Source: Calditrichia bacterium
Lineage (GTDB): Bacteria; Calditrichota; Calditrichia; RBG-13-44-9
Assembly (NCBI GenBank): GCA_037381445.1
Contig: JARRQT010000208.1
Location: 1-16,371, forward strand
Length of the DNA stretch: 16,371 bases
Direction of reading: 5' to 3'
Positions 9,505-16,371 of this stretch are shown here, piece after piece. Under the pieces are notes generated by a model. It had not been told where the DNA came from, searched no databases, and saw nothing but the letters and a program-made list of their open reading frames with translations. Within the stretch, counting starts at the first letter, position 1. Each line of letters opens with the position of its first letter. The translations under genes were made by a program, and so were the position numbers.

Positions 9505-12500
9505 TTAAAATCCGGGATTCAGACTGAACTCCCAGTACCATCCTTTATTCGGGCGGTCCACCGGTTTCACATAGTCAATCTCGGCCACCACATACCCGAA
9601 CACATTGATCCGGACAAAGGGGCCATAACTGGTTACCGGTTTGCGGCTGCCGCCCAGAAAGTTGGGTTTGATTTCTTTGGTCCAGGCCACGCCGGCATCA
9701 TAGAAAACACCGGTGTCAATTGGAAAATACCCGTAAAATCCCGGTCCGATTCCAAACGCGCCCAACAACGGGAAACGAAGTTCAAAGTTCGCGACAGCAA
9801 GTTTGCTTCCGAACAGACGATTCAAGGCAGAACAGCCGCCGGTGCCGCATTCACTCGCGCTGAAGGAATTATAATCATATCCGCGGACCAGGCTCTGGTA
9901 ACCAAGAAAGAGCTCATAAAACCGCGAGTCTTCGGAATTTTTGCCGTAGCGGCCGTAGTGCAGCGCCCGGAAGGCGAAAGTGAAGGGTTTTAGAGGCATA
10001 ACATATTTCCGGTAATCGAACAGCGCTGTATAATAGGTAATATTTCCGACGTTGGGAGCAGCTTCAATCCGGAAACGCTGGCCCAGCAGCGGCGCGGTTG
10101 CGCCAAAATAGGAATCGTCATACACGTAGGCAACGCTGGCTGTAGCCAGGTTCAATGCCGAAGGGGCGGGGAATTTTTGGGTATGCCGCGACAACTGGGC
10201 TCCGCTGGCAGCGTCAAAAACTGTTGTCTGAACTTCATTTTTAAAGGTAAAATTTTGGAAGCCGGCAGCCAACTCAATCCGGTTGGCTTCATTAAAGGGA
10301 TAGGAAGTAAAACCGGTGACATCCCTTTCTGTTTGAACCGCCCGGGAAACCTCTTCAACATAAACCAGATTGCCATTCTGCTGAGCATAACCGGCCCCGT
10401 ACCCCTGCAGAACATACGGGATTTGCTGAAGCACCGCCCCCCAGTTCCAGCGGTGGGTAAGGTTCTGGTAGCCAAGCATTCCTGCGATATCCGTAAATCC
10501 TCCGCCGGACTGGACCTGCAGCATGGTGTAGAGATTACGGTTGCCCAGCATGTCACTGAAATACGCTGATGCGCCCCCGCCCAGCAGCGTCCCGAACCGG
10601 CTGACGCCCGCTCCCAGGTAGGGCTGACCGATATAGGTGAGGGCAAGTCCGCCGCCATAATTAACAACTTTCGTATTTCTTGAATAGCCCAGGCCAATTC
10701 TGGGATTATCCTGAAGCGCCAACAACTCTTTGGTGGCGCGGTACCGGGGAGGCAGTACCGATGGATCTCCCTCTGGCAAAACTACCGGGCTTGTCGAGGT
10801 GTCAATAGAGACAATTGATGTGTCTTGTGCGACCGTCTCTGGGGCGGTCTGCAAAGAATCCATGGAATAAATATAGTATTTGGAGTCCATATACGCACTG
10901 AAGGTCAGGTGATTGGCTTTTGTCGCAACCGAAAAGGCCGGGCTGAGAGCGGTAATGCCGCTGACCCCGGTATACAGATTGGTAATCTGATAAATTTGTC
11001 CGCTTTCCAGATCCTTGCGGTAGATGTTGGCAATTCCGCTTTGATCGGAGATAAAATATATGCTTTTCCCATTCGGGGACCATTGAGGATTAATATGCTC
11101 TCCGCTCGGGAATCCTTCCACCAGAGAGAATTTATTGGTTTCCGGATTATAGAGAGAGATCTGGTAATTCCCCGGTTTGAGATCTTTTAAATCTGTTGAA
11201 TACCTGTCGGTTACAAAGGCAATTTGTCTGCCGTCCGGCGACCAGTCCGGCTGCAGATCGGCATAGGAATCGTTTGTGATACGCCGGAGGCTGTCTCTCT
11301 GCAAATCATAAATGTACAAATCCGACAACCCGCCAACCATGGCTGAGAATGCGATATAGCGGCCGTCCGGTGACCAGGACGGGTTCAATATGCTTCCCAA
11401 CTGCTTAAATTTGATTTCCCTGACAATTTTGTCCCGTCTTATGTTCAGGAACGAAAGAATTGGCCTTCCCTGGGAAATGGCGGCAAACGCCACCTGCTCT
11501 CCGTCCGGACTCCAGGTGCCGCTTGAATAAATAAATTCCAGGCTTTCGAAATGGGGATTTAGTTCATTAGATACGATTTTTCGCTTGATCCTTCCCGTTT
11601 TGGCATCTGCCAGAAAGAGGTCAATGGCAAACAGCGATTTTTCAGAAAAGAAAATGACATTTTTCCCGTCGGGACTCAGTACCGGGGCGATATTCAAATC
11701 TCCACCTTTATCTGACTTACCGATGAGCATACGGGCAATCTTCTTCGGTTCCTCGGTCCTTTTATAAAAGGGATCATAATATTCTTTCAGCGCTTCGTGC
11801 CAGTCGTTACTCAGCGAATCAGGTGTGGTGTTTAGAACCGCCTTGATGGTTTTATTCATATCTCCTAAAACCCCGCCTCTTTTCAGCATCTCGGGAATTG
11901 CCTGATCTCCCCAGCGTCCGGATATATAGGATAGAAGTGCTTGTCCCCAGCGGTAGGGGAAATATTTCGGATTTTCCAGGTCGCTGACCTTGGGAAGCTT
12001 TTTCATGGTTTTCACCGCGTCGCGCATCCACATGGCGGTATTGGGATCTATGGGACCGAGTGACAAAAATTCCGCCATACCTTCCACAAACCACAACGGC
12101 AGACGGTTTAATGAGGGCGCCATTCCGCCAAGTTCACCCCGCCCCTGACCGGTAATGTCATACTGGAAGGCGTGAACCAGTTCGTGACCTATCACGTGAT
12201 TAGTCTCCGCCAATGACCCGCCGAAAGGCAGGACGATCCGCCTTTTCAGGGGTTCTGTCACCCCGCCGGTCCCTTCACCCAGCTGCCCCTGAATAGCATT
12301 GGTTTGGGCAAATTGGGCGGAGGTGGCATACAGGATTAAAGGCTGGCGTCCGCTCAATTCATGATCGAAAAACTTCGCATAGCGGGCATACCATCTTTCC
12401 GCCATACGCGCGGCTTCTTTTGCTGCCTGTTCTTCTTCAGGATAAAAATAAACATTGAAATGATCCGTTTTCAGAATTTTGAAATTGAAGGCCTCATACT

Positions 12501-12615
12501 GGACCTTATTCTGGCCAAAATACTGGGCATTCGCATATTTTATGTGGCCGGCAAGGAAGACAAAAATTAACAACAGAAATAAGCCCTTCCCTGGTTGGCT
12601 GTAAAATTTCATCAT
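9505..12615 (-). CDS. Outer-membrane Omp85-family protein with an N-terminal zinc-peptidase-like (HEXXH) domain and a TolB/PD40 beta-propeller (WD40-Omp85 type)
   Basis: Signal peptide ending ANA|QYFGQNKVQY. GHELVHAFQY and LPLWFVEGMAEF. Five SPDG/SPNG blade motifs. Barrel with LVRGY and C-terminal WYWEFSLNPGF. SD GGAGG upstream. Confidence 0.85.
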   Translation of the reverse strand: MMKFYSQPGKGLFLLLIFVFLAGHIKYANAQYFGQNKVQYEAFNFKILKTDHFNVYFYPEEEQAAKEAARMAERWYARYAKFFDHELSGRQPLILYATSAQFAQTNAIQGQLGEGTGGVTEPLKRRIVLPFGGSLAETNHVIGHELVHAFQYDITGQGRGELGGMAPSLNRLPLWFVEGMAEFLSLGPIDPNTAMWMRDAVKTMKKLPKVSDLENPKYFPYRWGQALLSYISGRWGDQAIPEMLKRGGVLGDMNKTIKAVLNTTPDSLSNDWHEALKEYYDPFYKRTEEPKKIARMLIGKSDKGGDLNIAPVLSPDGKNVIFFSEKSLFAIDLFLADAKTGRIKRKIVSNELNPHFESLEFIYSSGTWSPDGEQVAFAAISQGRPILSFLNIRRDKIVREIKFKQLGSILNPSWSPDGRYIAFSAMVGGLSDLYIYDLQRDSLRRITNDSYADLQPDWSPDGRQIAFVTDRYSTDLKDLKPGNYQISLYNPETNKFSLVEGFPSGEHINPQWSPNGKSIYFISDQSGIANIYRKDLESGQIYQITNLYTGVSGITALSPAFSVATKANHLTFSAYMDSKYYIYSMDSLQTAPETVAQDTSIVSIDTSTSPVVLPEGDPSVLPPRYRATKELLALQDNPRIGLGYSRNTKVVNYGGGLALTYIGQPYLGAGVSRFGTLLGGGASAYFSDMLGNRNLYTMLQVQSGGGFTDIAGMLGYQNLTHRWNWGAVLQQIPYVLQGYGAGYAQQNGNLVYVEEVSRAVQTERDVTGFTSYPFNEANRIELAAGFQNFTFKNEVQTTVFDAASGAQLSRHTQKFPAPSALNLATASVAYVYDDSYFGATAPLLGQRFRIEAAPNVGNITYYTALFDYRKYVMPLKPFTFAFRALHYGRYGKNSEDSRFYELFLGYQSLVRGYDYNSFSASECGTGGCSALNRLFGSKLAVANFELRFPLLGAFGIGPGFYGYFPIDTGVFYDAGVAWTKEIKPNFLGGSRKPVTSYGPFVRINVFGYVVAEIDYVKPVDRPNKGWYWEFSLNPGF

Positions 12616-12721
12616 ATTCCTCCGCTTTTTTTGATTTATTTTAATCTTTGTTTATGAAGAATTGATGAACAGATGCATGGGTCCGGCATTTAATTGGCGG
12701 TTGGATAATTACTTAAAAAAC

Positions 12722-13601
12722 TCACAGGTTCTTCCGAAAAATATTAATTTTCTCTCTGAGGCCGGCCATGGTCAGGCCGGAACGCGAAAGCGCAAAGAAT
12801 CCGAGAATAATAATCGGTATCTTGAACAAAATGTAGGCAACCACAGAGAAACCGGTGGCAGTGGTCTTATCCACATTAAAAAGAGAGAGTGCCACGATGG
12901 CGAAGAACTGATAGGTTCCCACATTGGAGGGTGTGTTGGGTACCGCTGTCCCTAGCCCGATAATCAGAAATATCACCGCGCCGGCCCAGAATTGCAGATG
13001 AATTCCATAACCGATCAGTAAAAACCAGACCGAAAAAAATTGCCCCAGAAGGAACACGATGGAAGCCAGTACGGAATAAATTAAAATGCGGGAACGTCCG
13101 ATTTTATTCAGCCAGGCCGCAACCTGGTCCAGAAATCTGAACACGCTGTGCACCGATGACCATCAACACACCATCGGTCAGACGGCCGACCGCTACCGAA
13201 GCAAAGGCGGATGCAAACTCGATATTCATCCACTGGGACACCACGTACATGCGGGCAAATTCTCCCACCCTCAGTGGTATAAATTCATTGGTGAAAAGAC
13301 CGATATAGATTGCTTGCGTTGCCCGCATAGCCGAAAGATTCCCGGCCGGCCTGAGCAAGTATTTCCAGCGCACTCCCATAAAATAGAAACTGGCAAAATG
13401 GACAAAGATTCCCAGTGCCATCCAGTCCCAGGCGATTTTTTGAAGCTGATCCAGCAATATATCAAATTTGACATCATGGAAAACCCATACCAGTATTCCG
13501 GCGGCAAGCAGATACCAGAATATCTCCCAGGCATAATGACGTAAATGTTTCTTCCGCGGGCTTTTCGTATTCCCGGATTTTTTGTTTTCTTCCGTTTTCA
13601 T
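12722..13601 (-). pseudogene. Lysylphosphatidylglycerol synthase TM-domain / UPF0104 flippase-like membrane protein, frameshifted near 13150
   Basis: N-terminal half: RWKYLL, NEFIPLRVGEFAR, VAVGRLTD. C-terminal half in another frame: AVPNTPSNVGTYQF, FSVVAY. The central TM segment appears to be missing. Confidence 0.75.
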
Positions 13602-13748
13602 ATCTTCAGCAGATATTCATACTGTATTTATGTCCGGACAGATCAGGTTTCCCGGATAAAGTCGGTTTGGTTTCAATCTACCATTTATCCGAATTTATAA
13701 TAAATTATTGAAGAAAATATTTCCAAGTTCAATTTAGGCCATCCTGCA

Positions 13749-15170
13749 TTAAAAAGCTTGTCCCATCCCGAAATAAAGATTCCCAAGCGATTGTCCCGAA
13801 CGCCGGTTTATCTTAAACGCGTAATCGAGTCTCACCAATCCGATGGGAGTGTTCACCCGCAGGCCGATCCCGGCATCATAGCGTATATCCCGGATGGTAA
13901 AATTCCGGGGCCGTTCCCATACATTTCCCAGATCCATAAATAACACCCCTCCAAACATTTTATATATACCCTGGCGGATTTCAAATAAATGCCATACCAG
14001 CATCATTTCTCCTCCAATGGGCACACCATTTTTATCCAGAGGCCCCGCCTTCTGATAGTCATATCCCCGCAGGGTGTTCGGACCGCCCGTATAAAACCGT
14101 TCATTTAGGGGGAGTGAATTGAATCCCTGCGAAGGATCGATCCTTCCCCCGGAGATTGCCGTGGCCAGAACGGTGTTCCTTCTCAGCAGATAAAAATATT
14201 TTAACTCTCCCAGCGTTCTGAAGAAAGCCACCGATCCGGATAAGAAATATCCGGCAAATTCATTGCTGAACTGGGCATACAGGCCCCGGGTTGGATTAAA
14301 CAAATCATCACGGGAATCATAAACAAGGCCAAGCGTGAGACTGCTGATATTATTTGTCAAATCGAGCGGAATTTCCGTGGTGCTCACATTGTTAAGACTG
14401 GCGCGCTCCAGTTGGTAAGTGAGCGAGGCATGGGAAATTTTCATGAATTTCCTGCCGATCGATACATTCCCGCCAACGGTGTGCGCCTGATAGCCGGGTT
14501 GGCTGAGGTATTGCCACTGTGCTGTTACACTCGTTCCCCAGCGGGTGCCAAATGTCCAGGGCTCCCGGAAAGAGCCCTGTAAATCCCGGTTAATAAAACT
14601 GGCCCCCACAACGGCACCGATCTGCTGGGCAGTCCCCCGGAAATTAATATTGGCGACTTCCAGCCTTCCTTTCAGTTTCTCAATGGTTCCATAACCTACC
14701 GAAGCCGTAAAATTACCGGGAATGATTTCTTTCAGTTCAATCAGAATGTCTTTTTGAGTGGAATCTCCATTGGATGCCGGTTTCGGCTGAATGTAAACAC
14801 TCTGGAACAGCCCGGTGAGATACAGATTCTGCTGCGAGGTCAGCAGGCGGGAATAACTGACCACCTGCCCGCTCCTGAATTTTAGTTCCCGCTGCACAAC
14901 ATAGGGTTTTATGTCATCAAGACCCTGTATCCGGATGGAGTCAATCGTGTACTGGATGCGCTCGTTAATCATAAAATCGACGATGGCGGTATGGGTGCTA
15001 TCGTTCACCTTTATATCGGGATTGACCTCCGCATTTAAAAAACCGTTATCGCTGTACATGGTCAGAATAGCCACATTGGAGTTTTCAATTGATTGGGTTT
15101 CCAGGGGCTGACCGTTCGAAATCTTTATTTTCTTCAACAACTGCATATCCGTAAAGAATTTATTTCCGAA
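13749..15170 (-). CDS. BamA/TamA-like POTRA-Omp85 outer-membrane protein, 5'-truncated (two POTRA domains plus barrel remain)
   Basis: POTRA motifs FGNKFFTD..L..MYSDNGF..AEV and IRIQGL...VVQREL...LYLTGLFQSV. Barrel motifs NFRGTAQ, SFREPW, YDSRDDLFNPTRG, ERFYTGGPNTLRGY, FMDLGNVW, GIGLRVNTPIGLVRLDYA, YFGMGQAF. No signal peptide before the junction. Confidence 0.85.
   Translation of the reverse strand, partial: FGNKFFTDMQLLKKIKISNGQPLETQSIENSNVAILTMYSDNGFLNAEVNPDIKVNDSTHTAIVDFMINERIQYTIDSIRIQGLDDIKPYVVQRELKFRSGQVVSYSRLLTSQQNLYLTGLFQSVYIQPKPASNGDSTQKDILIELKEIIPGNFTASVGYGTIEKLKGRLEVANINFRGTAQQIGAVVGASFINRDLQGSFREPWTFGTRWGTSVTAQWQYLSQPGYQAHTVGGNVSIGRKFMKISHASLTYQLERASLNNVSTTEIPLDLTNNISSLTLGLVYDSRDDLFNPTRGLYAQFSNEFAGYFLSGSVAFFRTLGELKYFYLLRRNTVLATAISGGRIDPSQGFNSLPLNERFYTGGPNTLRGYDYQKAGPLDKNGVPIGGEMMLVWHLFEIRQGIYKMFGGVLFMDLGNVWERPRNFTIRDIRYDAGIGLRVNTPIGLVRLDYAFKINRRSGQSLGNLYFGMGQAF
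15163..15170. other. Probable chimeric or rearrangement junction between two unrelated DNA segments
   Basis: Two back-to-back 5'-truncated genes on opposite strands, with a GC step from 44% to 65% (120-nt samples on each side). Confidence 0.8.
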
Positions 15171-16016
15171 CTGCTGCCGGCATATGCCGCAAAGACCCGC
15201 ATGCGGGCCGTGATCAACGTGGCCGATCCCAAGGGGCGCCGGCTGGCACAGGAAATGACTCTGCCTTGCCTGACCTGCAGCCACCACGGGGAAAGCGACC
15301 TGCGTACCCTGAAGGCGCGCTTTGATCTTCAGGGCATGACGGCCCGGATCGCCACGCCCCGGGGCAAGCTGGAGTTCCACTCGGCCCTGGTAGGCCGCCA
15401 TAACCTGGAAAATGTGCTCAATGCCGTTGGGGTTGGGGTGGCATTGGAGATCCCGCTGGAAACCATCGCCGCCGGTATCGCCTCCCTGGAGCATGTTCCC
15501 GGCCGGCTGGAGCGGATCCCCAATGCCCATCGGCGTTTCGTTTACGTGGACTACGCCCACACGCCGGATGCCCTTGAAAATGCCTTGCTGGCCCTGCGGG
15601 CGCTGACGGCGGACCGGATCATCTGCGTTTTTGGCTGCGGCGGCGACCGGGACAAGGCCAAGCGGCCGGAGATGGGCGCCATTGCCGCCCGTCTCAGCGA
15701 CCTCACGGTGGTGACATCCGACAACCCGCGCACCGAAGCCCCGGAGCGCATCATCGAGGAAATTCTCACCGGTGTTCGCCGGGCCTGCGACAGGCAATAC
15801 CGCCCGGCGGATCTGGGGTGCGGTTTCGGGGGCAAGGGGTATGTCGTGATTGCCGACCGGCATGAGGCCATTCGCGGCGGCATTGTCGCTTCCCGTCCGG
15901 GGGATACCCTGCTGGTCGCGGGAAAAGGCCATGAACCGTACCAGATCATCGGGCATGAAAAACGCCCCTTTGACGACCGGCAGGAGGCCCTGCAGGCCAT
16001 GGCGGAACTCCTATGA
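15165..16016 (+). CDS. murE: UDP-N-acetylmuramoyl-L-alanyl-D-glutamate--2,6-diaminopimelate ligase, 3' part only
   Basis: AVINVADPKG, LVGRHNLEN, VPGRLE, VDYAHTPDAL, VFGCGGDRDKAKRPEMG, TSDNPRTE (meso-DAP-specific DNPR), LVAGKGHEPYQ. The N-terminal domain and P-loop are absent. Confidence 0.93.
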   Translation, partial: SELLPAYAAKTRMRAVINVADPKGRRLAQEMTLPCLTCSHHGESDLRTLKARFDLQGMTARIATPRGKLEFHSALVGRHNLENVLNAVGVGVALEIPLETIAAGIASLEHVPGRLERIPNAHRRFVYVDYAHTPDALENALLALRALTADRIICVFGCGGDRDKAKRPEMGAIAARLSDLTVVTSDNPRTEAPERIIEEILTGVRRACDRQYRPADLGCGFGGKGYVVIADRHEAIRGGIVASRPGDTLLVAGKGHEPYQIIGHEKRPFDDRQEALQAMAELL

Positions 16017-16371
16017 ACTGGCGCTTGGAAGATATCGTGGCGGCCACCGGCGGCCGGTTGCTGTACGGATCGGCTTCCCAGCGCTTTGGCGGCGTCGGAA
16101 TCGACTCGCGGACCATCGGGCCCGGTGACTTTTTCGTGGCCATCCTCGGTGCCACCCACGACGGCCACCGGTTTATCCCCCAGGCGGTGGCCAAAGGCGT
16201 GCGCGGGATCATGATTCAGGAGCAGGGCGCGATCCGTCCGGATCATGGCGCCCTCGAGCAGGAAGGCGTGGCCTGCGTGGCCGTGAGCGATACCACCCGC
16301 GCCCTGGGCGCCCTGGCCGCTTTTGCCCGCGGGCGGAGGCGGATTCCGGTGGTGGCCATCACCGGCTCCAA
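16013..16371 (+). CDS. murF: UDP-N-acetylmuramoyl-tripeptide--D-Ala-D-Ala ligase, 5' part (runs off the window; not in the ORF track)
   Basis: ATG 16013 overlaps the murE stop (ATGA). Hand translation: MNWRLEDIVAATGG...GIDSRTIGPGDFFVAILGATHDGHRFI...VSDTTRALGALA...IPVVAITGS. The murE-murF order matches the dcw cluster. Confidence 0.93.
   Translation, partial: MNWRLEDIVAATGGRLLYGSASQRFGGVGIDSRTIGPGDFFVAILGATHDGHRFIPQAVAKGVRGIMIQEQGAIRPDHGALEQEGVACVAVSDTTRALGALAAFARGRRRIPVVAITGS

Noticed and set aside
516..13544. Numerous plus-strand ORFs (e.g. 1155-1679, 3006-3533, 9463-9993, 13086-13544) and alternative-frame minus-strand ORFs
   Set aside because: They are shadows of well-supported minus-strand genes and carry no family motifs.
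13694..13712. PerR-box-like TTATAATAAATTATTG
   Set aside because: The spacing does not fit TTATAAT-N-ATTATAA, and the background is AT-rich.
15093..15164. N-terminus of the 307-aa murE ORF (MGFQGLTVRNLYF...)
   Set aside because: It is the antisense of the Omp85 gene. MurE similarity starts only after the junction.
15171..15956. N-terminal 262 aa of the 735-aa minus-strand ORF, an apparent novel domain fused to Omp85
   Set aside because: It is the stop-free antisense frame of GC-rich murE running across the junction. It has no signal peptide and is not a real fusion.
1..16371. CRISPR arrays, tRNA/rRNA genes, transposases, integrases or defence genes
   Set aside because: I saw no repeat-spacer periodicity, RNA gene signature or mobile-element ORF by eye. 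The SPDG repeats are protein-level propeller blades.

Overview
Positions 1 to ~15165 hold a run of minus-strand genes at moderate GC. In transcription order: a 5'-truncated POTRA-Omp85 (BamA/TamA-like) gene, a broken UPF0104/LPG-synthase-TM flippase-like gene, a 1036-aa Zn-peptidase/beta-propeller/Omp85 fusion, a broken FtsH paralog, Nramp (MntH) plus a two-domain USP, an APC permease-USP-USP fusion interrupted by an in-frame TAA, a broken CmpX/TM_helix protein, Fe-SOD and YihY/BrkB. At ~15163-15170 the sequence switches abruptly to GC-rich plus-strand DNA (hand count: 44% GC at 15001-15120, 65% at 15181-15300) encoding the 3' part of murE and the start of murF. Both genes at this junction lack their 5' ends, so it is most likely a chimeric join. 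Five reading-frame lesions fall in four left-segment genes, three of them apparent internal deletions, pointing to assembly/read error or local gene decay. The best biological lead is the peptidase-propeller-Omp85 protein, encoded directly upstream of an extra FtsH and near a second Omp85: a candidate envelope proteolysis/quality-control module. All family calls come from motif recognition, not database searches.
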